A program made the position numbers and the translations under genes. The notes under the pieces were generated by a model that made no database searches, was not told where the DNA came from, and saw only the letters and a list, made by a program, of their open reading frames with translations. From assembly GCA_002410925.1 (NCBI GenBank), contig DHPR01000033.1, forward strand, positions 330,397 to 394,396: a stretch of DNA of 64,000 nt, given 5' to 3'. Shown here piece after piece: positions 32,618 through 42,403 of this stretch (the stretch's first letter is position 1; each line of letters starts with the position of its first letter). Origin of the DNA: a bacterium UBP13_UBA5359. GTDB taxonomy: Bacteria; UBP13; UBA5359.

Positions 32618-34348
32618 TCAAGATGCTTCATCTCTGAGCATGGCAATAAAATCATCCTGAGTCGCCACACCCATATCCCCCTTCTCCCTGTGGCGCAGAG
32701 AGAGCGTACCCTTTTCAGCTTCACGGTCGCCTATCACCACCATATACGGTATCTTTTCAGATTGAGCCTGACGTATCTTGAAACCCGTTTTTTCGTTGCG
32801 CTTATCCACTTCAGCTCTGAAATCAGCCTCCCGCAAACGAGCGCATACGGCATCGGCATAATCGAAGTGCCTATCGGCTATAGGAAGCAGACGCACCTGA
32901 ACCGGAGCCAGCCATAGAGGGAACGCACCGCCATAATGTTCAATCAACGTTCCAAAAAAACGCTCCATGCTGCCAAGCACTACTCGGTGAATCATTATCG
33001 GGCGATGCTCCTGCCCGTCCGGACCGATATAGGAGATATTGAATCTCTCCGGAAGATTAAAGTCAACCTGAACGGTCGGTCCCTGCCAAAGACGACCAAG
33101 TGCATCTCTTAGCTTAAAATCAATCTTCGGCCCATAAAAGACGCCCTCTCCGGGATCAACACGGTACGGCAGATTTTTGGTTTCCAAAGCATTGCGCAAC
33201 GCATCCGTAGCCCGTTCCCAATTCTCATCACTACCGACTGATTTTTCCGGACGGGTACTAAGGAAGAGCTCGATATCACTGAAACCGAAACGTTTTAACA
33301 TAAAGAAAGCAAAATCTACAACGCCGGTAATTTCGCTTTCAAGTTGCCCGGGCATGCAGAAAATATGAGAATCATCTTGTGTAAATCCTCTGACTCGCAG
33401 CAATCCGTGCAGTACTCCGGATCTCTCATAGCGATATACAGTGCCCATCTCAAAGTAACGCAGCGGCATATCCCGATATGATCTGGTCTGCGTCTTGTAA
33501 ATCAGTATATGCCCCGGACAATTCATGGGTTTGAGAACGTATTCTTGCTCATCTACGTTCAAGTAGTACATATTCTCTCTATAATAACCGGTATGCCCCG
33601 ATATCTGCCATAGCTCTTCTCTCGCAATATGAGGCGTAATCACCATCTGATAACCACGGCGTGCATGCTCACGCTTTTCGAAATCTTCTATCAGGGTTCG
33701 TACCAACGCTCCCTTAGGATGATAATAGATAAAGCCGGCTCCGGCCGTTTCATTGATACTGAACAGATCCAGTTCCTTGCCCAGCTTACGATGATCACGG
33801 CGCGATGCTTCCTCCAGCTTGAAAATATGCTCATCTAACTCTTCCTGGGTTTCGAACGCTGTTCCGTATATACGTTGAAGCATTTCACGCTTTTCATTGC
33901 CACGCCAGTAGGCACCGGCTACGCTAAGCAGCTTAAAGGCTTTAATCTCTCCTGTTCTGCTCACATGCGGGCCGCGACAGAGATCAAAGAAATCACCCTG
34001 ATGATATATTGATACCAGCGCATCGGTCAACTCCTTCAATAATTCGACCTTGTATTTCTCATCGAGCTCACCGAAAAGCTTTAGCGCCTGCTCCCGCGAG
34101 ACCTCTTCACGCCTGAACTCCAGATCACGCTCAATGATATCTCTCATGCGCTTCTCAATTGCTTGAAGATCATCCGGCGTAAAGCTCCTGCCAAGATCAA
34201 AATCATAATAGAAACCCTCTTCTATAGAGGGTCCTATTGCCAATTTAACTTCAGGATAGAGCTCTTTAACCGCCTGAGCCATAATATGGGCTGTGCTGTG
34301 GCGGTATATATCTCTCTCCTCTTCGCTTACAAAGCCTTTAGCACTCAT
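32618..34348 (-). CDS. thrS: Threonyl-tRNA synthetase (no N-terminal TGS domain)
   Basis: HSTAH, DLCRGPH, RDHRKLG, KPMNCP, FYGPKID, HRVVLGSMERF. Confidence 0.97.
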   Translation of the reverse strand: MSAKGFVSEEERDIYRHSTAHIMAQAVKELYPEVKLAIGPSIEEGFYYDFDLGRSFTPDDLQAIEKRMRDIIERDLEFRREEVSREQALKLFGELDEKYKVELLKELTDALVSIYHQGDFFDLCRGPHVSRTGEIKAFKLLSVAGAYWRGNEKREMLQRIYGTAFETQEELDEHIFKLEEASRRDHRKLGKELDLFSINETAGAGFIYYHPKGALVRTLIEDFEKREHARRGYQMVITPHIAREELWQISGHTGYYRENMYYLNVDEQEYVLKPMNCPGHILIYKTQTRSYRDMPLRYFEMGTVYRYERSGVLHGLLRVRGFTQDDSHIFCMPGQLESEITGVVDFAFFMLKRFGFSDIELFLSTRPEKSVGSDENWERATDALRNALETKNLPYRVDPGEGVFYGPKIDFKLRDALGRLWQGPTVQVDFNLPERFNISYIGPDGQEHRPIMIHRVVLGSMERFFGTLIEHYGGAFPLWLAPVQVRLLPIADRHFDYADAVCARLREADFRAEVDKRNEKTGFKIRQAQSEKIPYMVVIGDREAEKGTLSLRHREKGDMGVATQDDFIAMLRDEAS

Positions 34349-34426
34349 ATTGCACCTCCAGAAACTTTAAATTATGTTAGCACCACTGTATGAACTTGTA
34401 AAGCGCATTTTACGGAGAAGACGGGA

Positions 34427-34455
34427 TTGCCTGAGCTGCTGCCTTGGGCTATAAT
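34427..34455 (+). promoter_or_regulatory. Sigma70-type promoter for the small ORF and tadE
   Basis: TTGCCT-17-TATAAT. Confidence 0.6.
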
Positions 34456-34500
34456 TCAAATATTAACCCTAACTATTAATGCTGGCCGGAGGCATAAGAC

Positions 34501-34665
34501 ATGATTATGGATATAAACTGGCTTGATATTATTGAGCTTTACCTTCTTATTTGCTTCACTTATCTCTATTTTTACCAGAAGAAGCGAGTGTATAATTTGG
34601 AGAAACACGTCGACGCTCTGCAAGCGCAAATTATCGCCATGGAGAACATTGATGAGAATTCATAA
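34501..34665 (+). CDS. Small single-TM protein (54 aa), absent from the ORF track
   Basis: MIMDINWLDIIELYLLICFTYLYFYQKKRVYNLEKHVDALQAQIIAMENIDENS; GGAGG 8 nt upstream; 3' end overlaps the tadE start. Confidence 0.65.
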   Translation: MIMDINWLDIIELYLLICFTYLYFYQKKRVYNLEKHVDALQAQIIAMENIDENS

Positions 34666-35050
34666 AGAGAATAAAGGACAATCCGTAATAGAGCTTGCCT
34701 TTCTCCTGCCCTTACTCTTGCTGTTGCTGATAGGCGTGTTTCAATTCACGCTGGTTCTGAAAACTTATATCTCCCTTTCGCTGGGATCTCGCGAAGGGGC
34801 ACGCGCCGGAGCGGTGGGCCGAACCAACACCGATATTGTTGCCGTTGTAAAGAAGCGGCTGCCTGGCTTTAATACCAGCAACCTCACCATTGCGATCACT
34901 CCCTCCAATGAAAGCTCACGCCGTGTCGGAGATTATATTACCGTTCGTATTGATTATGCGCAGGATCTCATCATGCCCTTTATAAGCTTTGTACTGCCTG
35001 ATCCACTCCCTATAAGCTCAACAACCGTCATGAGAATAGAAACACTCTGA
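34652..35050 (+). CDS. TadE-family pseudopilin
   Basis: KGQSVIELAFLLPLLLLLLIG prepilin-like G/xxxxE motif, SREGARAG, terminal MRIE. Confidence 0.85.
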   Translation: MRIHKENKGQSVIELAFLLPLLLLLLIGVFQFTLVLKTYISLSLGSREGARAGAVGRTNTDIVAVVKKRLPGFNTSNLTIAITPSNESSRRVGDYITVRIDYAQDLIMPFISFVLPDPLPISSTTVMRIETL

Positions 35051-35248
35051 TTCGGCATGCCTCAGATAAAAATAGCCCGCTCTTTCAAGCGGGCATACCT
35101 TTGGGGGAAGGCGTATATTATATACCCCGGATTCAGCATTCTAAACATTTTTAAATATATTCTCGCTGATCTCAAAGAGGACGGCCTTCACCCCGGCCGC
35201 CCTCTTCAATATACAAATATGCATAAAGAGTTTGCAACAGTGCCTCCC

Positions 35249-36946
35249 TTACTGAGCAGGCACTGTCTCGGATATATTGGCATTGCACCAGCCGTCACCG
35301 CATTCAAGCTGAAGAGTTTTAGTCGTAGCATCGCAAATCTGGGATGGTCCGAAGTATTGAATCGGACCGGGAAAAACATAAGCATCTTCCAGCAGCCATT
35401 TATCTTTTACCTGAACAAAAGCCTTGAAAACATCACCATTAACATCCACCAAGGCCTTCTTAATAACGGGTTTCATCTTGCCCTTGCGCAATTCCATGGT
35501 AAGCATGGAGGCTACCGGCACACCGCCCATAACCCATTCTTCAACAGGCTTTGCTAAATTGGTAGCGGATACTGTATACCCGGTCAGTCCTGCTCTCAGC
35601 AACAGTGCCGCCGTATATCCCAGCGTATAAGTGTAATCGGCATCAAAGTTGGAAGGAGCGACACAGCGTCCTTCATAACCGAAGAAGTGATTCAATGCCG
35701 CAAATTTTCCTTTGAACTCTCCTGTTGCCTGCATAAGCCGTATTCTATCGGTTACCAAATCTATCAGAAGTTTCTCAGTCTCTATCTGTGAAAGCGTAAG
35801 ATTACCATGCTTATCACGTCTCAACAACACCTGTTGAATATCGTCGGGAAGAGAACCATATACTTTGGCGGAAGCAGGGGTTAACCTGGTATCGATATGC
35901 TGCCTCCTATCCGATGGATCGGTAAGGGTTTTAAGATAGCTTTCATCAGTATCCAATATTTTTCCCAGCTCAGCAATAAGCCCTTTCATATCGGCCAGGA
36001 ACTCCAGTAACCCTTCGGGGATAAGAACTATGCCGTAATTCTTACCAACCTCCGCCCTTTTGCAGATACCGGTCACTATCTGATCTACCACATCGGAAAG
36101 AGTCCATTCCGAGGCTTCAACCTCTTCAGAGATTATGGCTATATTAGGATGTGTCTGAAGAGCCACTTCTAATGTTATATGGCTGGCAGCACGCCCCATA
36201 AGACGAATGAAATGCCAATATTTACAGGCAGACATGGCATCACGACAGATATTACCTACTAATTCAGCAAAGGTCTTGGATGCAGTATCGAATCCAAAAG
36301 AAGTTTCTATCTGCTCGTTTTTCATATCGCCATCAATTGTTTTGGGAACACCGATCACTCGTATATCATAGTTATTGGCCGTAAAATACTCAGCCATAAG
36401 AGCAGCATTAGTATTGGAATCATCTCCGCCGATGATGACCAGAGCCTTGACACCAAGATTTTCAAGATTATTACGGCATGCTTCCAGCTCCTCGATCTTT
36501 TCGATTTTATCGCGGCCGCTGCCGATTATATCAAAGCCGCCGGTGTTTCTATATGCAGCAACTAATTCGGGTGTAAGCTCCTTATATTTGCCTTTTACTA
36601 TTCCGGCCGGTCCTCCCAGAAAGCCTATGAGGCGGCTCTTCTCATTGGCAGCTTTAAGTGCATCGAGAAGACCTGCAATGACATTATGCCCGCCCGGGGC
36701 CTGCCCTCCGGAAAGCACAACTCCTACTGATATAGGTTCACACGATAGAGCGCCTTCTCCAACAACAAATCTGGCCAGCGGTTTTCCAAAGGATTCAGGA
36801 AACTGCTTGCGTATTTCCTCTACCGATGCCATATCAGCAACCACATCCTCAAATACCAGCATAAACTTGCCGTCTTTCAGAAGCTTCGGCAGCTTAGGTA
36901 TATATTCCGACCGTGCCGCCTGAAGCACAGATAGTTTACTGTTCAT
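35249..36946 (-). CDS. pfp: Pyrophosphate-dependent phosphofructokinase (long clade)
   Basis: SGGQAPGGHNV, GGDDSNT, PKTIDGD, MGRAASH, FGYEGRC. Confidence 0.94.
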   Translation of the reverse strand: MNSKLSVLQAARSEYIPKLPKLLKDGKFMLVFEDVVADMASVEEIRKQFPESFGKPLARFVVGEGALSCEPISVGVVLSGGQAPGGHNVIAGLLDALKAANEKSRLIGFLGGPAGIVKGKYKELTPELVAAYRNTGGFDIIGSGRDKIEKIEELEACRNNLENLGVKALVIIGGDDSNTNAALMAEYFTANNYDIRVIGVPKTIDGDMKNEQIETSFGFDTASKTFAELVGNICRDAMSACKYWHFIRLMGRAASHITLEVALQTHPNIAIISEEVEASEWTLSDVVDQIVTGICKRAEVGKNYGIVLIPEGLLEFLADMKGLIAELGKILDTDESYLKTLTDPSDRRQHIDTRLTPASAKVYGSLPDDIQQVLLRRDKHGNLTLSQIETEKLLIDLVTDRIRLMQATGEFKGKFAALNHFFGYEGRCVAPSNFDADYTYTLGYTAALLLRAGLTGYTVSATNLAKPVEEWVMGGVPVASMLTMELRKGKMKPVIKKALVDVNGDVFKAFVQVKDKWLLEDAYVFPGPIQYFGPSQICDATTKTLQLECGDGWCNANISETVPAQ

Positions 36947-37231
36947 ATTACAAATACCCTCCCCCAAAATTACCCAGGAAGACAGAAGACAGAATTAAGA
37001 ACAATCCAACACATTAAATGAATATTGCCCATTCGCTCATCTCAATTTTCGAATATGCCTTTATTCTATACCATGTCCCTGCAATTATTCCTGTGTATTG
37101 TTGCTTTTGACACAATTGATATTATCTACCATTCAAAGGACAATTTCAAGAGTTGAAGCAGCAAGCCGCTCTTTAAATATTGAAGCATTGCTTTGAATTA
37201 TCTCAAGCATACCATACATGTAATAATAGAT

Positions 37232-39320
37232 TTACTCGTTTGGGAATCTGATAGCTTCCGTTTCTGAGCTATCTGAATGCGCTACTCTGTATAGAACATC
37301 TATCATCTCTTCAATTCGGTAAGGCTTGTTTATTACGCCGCTGAAACCGCATTGCTCATATTCAGCTAATACGGGATCGTTGGAATAGCCGCTGGATACA
37401 ATAATTTTTGCTTTCGGATCCAGCGCTTTAAGCTGCTCGGCAGCCTCTTTTCCTCCCATGCCACCCGGAATGGTCAAATCCATAATGACTACATCAAATG
37501 CGGAGTCTGAATTCAAAGCAGCCTCGTATGCTTTTATAGCCTGGCTACCATCTTCGGCATATCCTACTTCCCAGCCCAAATATTCCAGGATTCTTCCTAC
37601 CACGCTCCGTACAGCCTCTTCATCGTCCATCACCAAAACTTTACCCGTATCCTGAGCTATAATCTCAGCCGCTTTATCTGCTGCCTTTATCTCTCTTTGT
37701 GAGGCGGGCAGATATATATGAAAGGTCGTTCCCTTGCCATGCTCGGATTCAACAGTGACAAACCCATCATGTTTCTTTACGATGGAATATACTATAGCCA
37801 ACCCCAAACCGCTACCGCTTTTTTTAGTAGTAAAATAAGGATCGAATATGCGTTGCAGATGCTCCTGCGGCATGCCGACGCCGCTATCTGAGATAGATAT
37901 TTTTATATATTTCCCTTCGGCGATAGCCCCATCGATGCAACTGGGTTCAATAGATATATTTGTCGCAGCTATTCTGATGACGCCTCCTTCCGGCATTGCC
38001 TGATCAGCATTGATCACTAGATTGCTTATAACTTGACTAATCTGCCCTTCATCCGCCTCTATCGGCCAGAGTCCCTCAGCCATATCGTAATTACAGCTGA
38101 CATTAGAACCTCTTAACGCAAAATCGGCAGAATCAGTAATAATCTCCTTTACAGATGCCGTACTCTTTATGGGAGTGCCCCCTTTGGAGAAAGTCAACAA
38201 CTGCTGTGTCAATTCCTTGGCTCTAATAATGGCTTTCTCTGCTTCGAAAAGCTTTGCATACAGCCCTGTGCCAACCCTTACCTCTCTTCTAGCCAATGAG
38301 ATGTTGCCGAGAACAGCCATCAATATATTATTGAAATCGTGCGCTATCCCCCCGGCCAGAATCCCCAGAGATTCTAATTTTCTGGCCTTTACCAATTCCT
38401 CTTCCATTAATATCTTCTCCGTTATATCTCGAAAGACTATAACAACGCCGATAATAGCTCCATCCTTTCCATATACTGTAGTTCCGCTATCAGCTATCGT
38501 TCGTTTGCTTCCCTCTTTTGAGATAAGAACCGTCCGGCTTGTCAATTCGACTATGCACCCGGCCTTGAGTATTTTTTCAAAAATACCTCGACATCGCCGG
38601 CCTGTTTTGCCTGAAATGATATTAAATATTTCATCTATTTCTCTGCCCGCAGCATCTTCAAGCGACCACCCGGAGAGCTCTTCCGCCACCTTATTCATCG
38701 TAATTATTCGGCCTGTAGTATCAGCTGTTATCACAGCATCGGCACGAACATCTTCATAGCAAGCCTGTTCAACATTGCCGAAAAGCGCATTGTTAACCAG
38801 CTGAAGCCTCTGCAGAGCGATCTTGCTCTCCCGCTGTTCACGCCGGCGTGCTATGCCTCGCCTGACGATCTCCTCTGCATCAATANNNNNNNNNNNNNNN
38901 NNNNNNNNNNNNNNNNNNNNNNNNNNNNNNNNNNNNNNNNNNNNNNNNNNNNNNNNNNNNNNNNNNNCTGACGATCTCCTCTGCATCAATACGATCGAAA
39001 GGCTTTATCAAATAATCTATGGCCCCATACTTCAAGGCATCACGCGCCGTCTCCACTGAAGCATATGCGGTAACCATAGCCACCACTATATCGGGATTTT
39101 TGCTCTTTATCTTCTGCAATACGGTTATACCGTCATCCTCAGGCATGCGGATATCCAGAAGGATCAAATCTATCTTGTCACCCTCGTTATCCGTAATTGC
39201 CATCGCCTCTTTACCGCTGCCGGCCGTAATTACTCTGTAGCAGTCTTTGAAGAGCATCCGAAAGGCTTCCCTGGGACCGAATTCATCATCCACTACCAGA
39301 ATAGTCGCCCTGCTACTCAT
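37232..39320 (-). CDS. Hybrid histidine kinase REC-PAS-HisKA-HATPase-REC (spans the N gap)
   Basis: N-terminal REC (VVDDE, DIRMP, KPFD), PAS, AHDFNN H-box, DSGVG, FTTKKSGSGLGL, C-terminal REC. Collapsing the 24-nt overlap flanking the Ns gives one 660-aa frame. Confidence 0.8.
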
Positions 39321-40423
39321 GCTTTCCTCCCTGTTAATATCCACTTCAATGCCAGTGCTTAACCTGCTTGGAAACATTGGTTAAGTGCCGTTGTATATCC
39401 GGCAACCTTATATTTAAGGCAATTTTTACCAGCTCTGGATCAAATTGCGTGCCGGCGCCGTTATAAAGCTGCTGCCAAACCTGTTCAACCGGCATAGCTT
39501 TTCTATATGGACGATCAGATGCCATGGCATCTACGGCATCGGCGATAGACACAATCCGAGCATACAGAGCTATATTATCGTGCCTGGTGCCATACGGATA
39601 TCCGGTGCCGTCATATCTTTCATGGTGATATAGGACAGCAGGTATCATGTCCCGCAAAAAACCCACCGGCGCCAGAATCTCCGCACCTATTGCAGGATGC
39701 ATTTGCATCTCCTTCATCTCTTCCGGCAGCAAAGGCCCTTTTTTTCTTAATAACGCCTCATTTATACCTATTTTCCCAATATCATGCACCTGAGCAGCCT
39801 GACATAGAAGCTCCAGCTCTTTGCCGGCCATATTGCATGCCGTGCCCAAATACCTGGTAAGAGCTGCCACGCGCTCAGAATGGCCGGCCGTGTAATGATC
39901 CTTGGCATCGATAGCGGCTATCAGTGCTCGAACTGTACCGGCGAAGTGCTCTTTGACATCCTTTCCAGCCTTCTCTATCTCACCCTGCAGAGTACTATTT
40001 GTCAATTTAAGCCTCTGCAGAGCGATCTTGCTCTCCCGCTGTTCACGTCGGCGTGCTATGCCTCGTCTGACGATCTCCTCTGCATCAATACGATCGAAAG
40101 GCTTTATCAAATAATCTATGGCCCCATACTTCAAGGCATCACGCGCCGTCTCCACTGAAGCATATGCGGTAACCATAGCTACCTCTATATCGGGATTTCT
40201 GCTCTTTATCTCCTGCAATACGGTTATACCGTCATCCTCAGGCATGCGGATATCCAGAAGGATCAAATCTATCTTATCACCCTCGTTATCCATAACTGCC
40301 ATCGCCTCTTTGCCGCTGCCGACCGTAATTACTCTGTAGCAGTCTTTGAAGAGCATGCGAAAGGCTTCCCTGGGACCGAATTCATCATCCACTACCAGAA
40401 TAGTCGCCCTGCTACTCATGCTT
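38804..40423. repeat. ~415-bp near-identical direct repeat of a REC-coding segment (copies ~38804-39324 including the gap, and ~40009-40423)
   Basis: Both encode MSSRATILVVDDEFGPREAFRMLFKDCYRV...REQRESKIALQRL with scattered substitutions. Confidence 0.9.
39346..40419 (-). CDS. REC-HD-GYP c-di-GMP phosphodiesterase (RpfG-like architecture)
   Basis: REC domain, YTAGHSERV, HDIGKIG, HHERYDGTGYP, DAMASDRPYR. Confidence 0.92.
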   Translation of the reverse strand: MSSRATILVVDDEFGPREAFRMLFKDCYRVITVGSGKEAMAVMDNEGDKIDLILLDIRMPEDDGITVLQEIKSRNPDIEVAMVTAYASVETARDALKYGAIDYLIKPFDRIDAEEIVRRGIARRREQRESKIALQRLKLTNSTLQGEIEKAGKDVKEHFAGTVRALIAAIDAKDHYTAGHSERVAALTRYLGTACNMAGKELELLCQAAQVHDIGKIGINEALLRKKGPLLPEEMKEMQMHPAIGAEILAPVGFLRDMIPAVLYHHERYDGTGYPYGTRHDNIALYARIVSIADAVDAMASDRPYRKAMPVEQVWQQLYNGAGTQFDPELVKIALNIRLPDIQRHLTNVSKQVKHWH

Positions 40424-42397
40424 CTCACCCTGCTCAGCGTTTGCCGGCAATATCAGCTCAAAGCGCTCCCTATTATTTCCATTGATAACGAGTCTTCCGC
40501 CATGATCATGTATAATGCGCTGCGCTACAGCTAACCCTATATCGGCGCTCCTGCCGTTGCTGGTAAAGAAGAGGCGAAAAATATCATCACCGCTACCAAC
40601 TGATAAGGGATCACCGTCATCATCAACCGATATCTTCACATGCTCCTTATCGATATTCTCCACGCTCACACATATGGTACCGCCGCTTTTAGTAAAATTG
40701 ATGGAATTATGAATAACATATTCGATTGCTTTACCCATTTGCTCTCTATCCAGAGAAAGCAACACAGGGTTATCCTCTATATCAAGCTTGATATTGACTC
40801 CGGATTCAATGGCATGCTTCTTCAGCTTCTTTACTCTATCATCAAGCAAAGAGGATAAATCCATTGTTATAAAATTATAATCAGATTGTTTGGATAAGGC
40901 GATAAGCTTGCCGAGCAGATCATCAAGCCTGTGCACATCTTGGCAAACAGCCTTGTAAAAACCTGTATTAAAATCATCATCATTCTTCCGCTCCGGAAAG
41001 AGCTCGATAAACGTATTGACGGAGACCAACGGATTCCGCAATTCATGAGCAAAGAGAGCAACAACCTTGCTCAGCGTTTCCAGCCTCTGAGCATTCTCTC
41101 GCTCATGCGCCAGAGTCCTTTCCATACTGATATCATCAAATATCAAGACAGCCCCTCTTACAGAGGACAGTACATCTATCAGCTGAAAAGAGCTGATTTT
41201 AAGGTAGCATTCATGCTTGCCGGCCAGCTTAATCTCATATCCGTTTCTCTTTCTACCGGTAACAAGGCTTTCATGCAGCATATCACCCATGGGAGATGGA
41301 AGATTGCGTAGATCCTTTCCTATAACCCTGTCCCTGGGAATGTTAAGAATCTCGGCTGCACGATGATTAAAAATAGTGATGCGATCCGAAGCATCAATAG
41401 TAATAACACCGCTATGCATCCGTAGAAGTATCTCTTCTATGTACGATTTTTGATGCTGAAGTTCATTAAAAATATCTATATCCTCAAGAGCAACAGCTAT
41501 GTTGCTCGCCAATATATATAGCATTTCCAATTCTTCATTGCTGTATTGGCCACCCACAACCTTCTCTCCAAGGTTGATAACTCCCAGTACTCGTCCATTA
41601 CCGATGGACGGTATACTGACAACCGCCTGCAATAGTTCCATCTCCCGAACAACATCAAGCAGAAGAGGGTCGCCGGAATACTCCGCTTCGGTTTTACGCA
41701 GAACACGCCCCTGCTGTGTCAGCCAGAGGAGAAGCCCTCTATCGGAAGAAAGGCAGAGACTCTCAAGCATATCAGGATGTAGCCCTCGGCTGCTGGCTAT
41801 AATATATTCCCCTCCAGGCTCTGCCAGAATTATAGAAATACGGCTGACAGGATTAAGCTCGTCAATAGCCTCATGGATAAACTTAATCAATCTTTCGCGA
41901 TCGAATCCTGCTCCCAACCCCCTGGCAAACTTTCTTAAAACACTGTTAAACCGTGAATCTGAGTGAGCGACCTGATTATGCGGATATTCAATATAGCGTT
42001 TTTCATGCAGGTTGGTTTTCAGATGAGTTATCTCTCGCAACAGCTTGCTGCGCTCGATGGCCCGCGTAATAGAAAGATGCAACTCCGTGATATCAACAGG
42101 CACTCGCACTGTTTCATAGCACATATCCGTCACCAAATCCTCGCCTTCACGTTTTTTTGCAGGGAGAATAGCGATGACGGCACAGCCAGGCATATGCTTC
42201 TTCACCTGGCTGATAAGGCTGACATGCTCGCTGCGCCGGCCGGTGATATCCACTAAAGCAATATCTGCGTCTAAAGAGGCATGGCTTATTACCTCTTCCG
42301 GCGTACTTATGTGTACTGCTGTACATCCCTCTGGCAAGGCTCGCCGCATGGCAGCCAGCATATATTCTTCTTCACTGGCTAAAAAGACCGTATTCAT
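40412..42397 (-). CDS. Soluble pseudo-REC-GAF-PAS histidine kinase with degenerate ATP-binding boxes
   Basis: FAHELRNPL H-box; G1 box reads DDDGDP and G2 region reads FTSNGRSADIGL; no TM segments. Confidence 0.8.
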   Translation of the reverse strand: MNTVFLASEEEYMLAAMRRALPEGCTAVHISTPEEVISHASLDADIALVDITGRRSEHVSLISQVKKHMPGCAVIAILPAKKREGEDLVTDMCYETVRVPVDITELHLSITRAIERSKLLREITHLKTNLHEKRYIEYPHNQVAHSDSRFNSVLRKFARGLGAGFDRERLIKFIHEAIDELNPVSRISIILAEPGGEYIIASSRGLHPDMLESLCLSSDRGLLLWLTQQGRVLRKTEAEYSGDPLLLDVVREMELLQAVVSIPSIGNGRVLGVINLGEKVVGGQYSNEELEMLYILASNIAVALEDIDIFNELQHQKSYIEEILLRMHSGVITIDASDRITIFNHRAAEILNIPRDRVIGKDLRNLPSPMGDMLHESLVTGRKRNGYEIKLAGKHECYLKISSFQLIDVLSSVRGAVLIFDDISMERTLAHERENAQRLETLSKVVALFAHELRNPLVSVNTFIELFPERKNDDDFNTGFYKAVCQDVHRLDDLLGKLIALSKQSDYNFITMDLSSLLDDRVKKLKKHAIESGVNIKLDIEDNPVLLSLDREQMGKAIEYVIHNSINFTKSGGTICVSVENIDKEHVKISVDDDGDPLSVGSGDDIFRLFFTSNGRSADIGLAVAQRIIHDHGGRLVINGNNRERFELILPANAEQGEKHE

Positions 42398-42403
42398 TAA
42401 CTA

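Noticed and set aside
38880-39377. Separate single-domain response regulator plus a frameshifted kinase
   Set aside because: The split is explained by the duplicated 24-mer around the N gap; collapsing it restores one frame.
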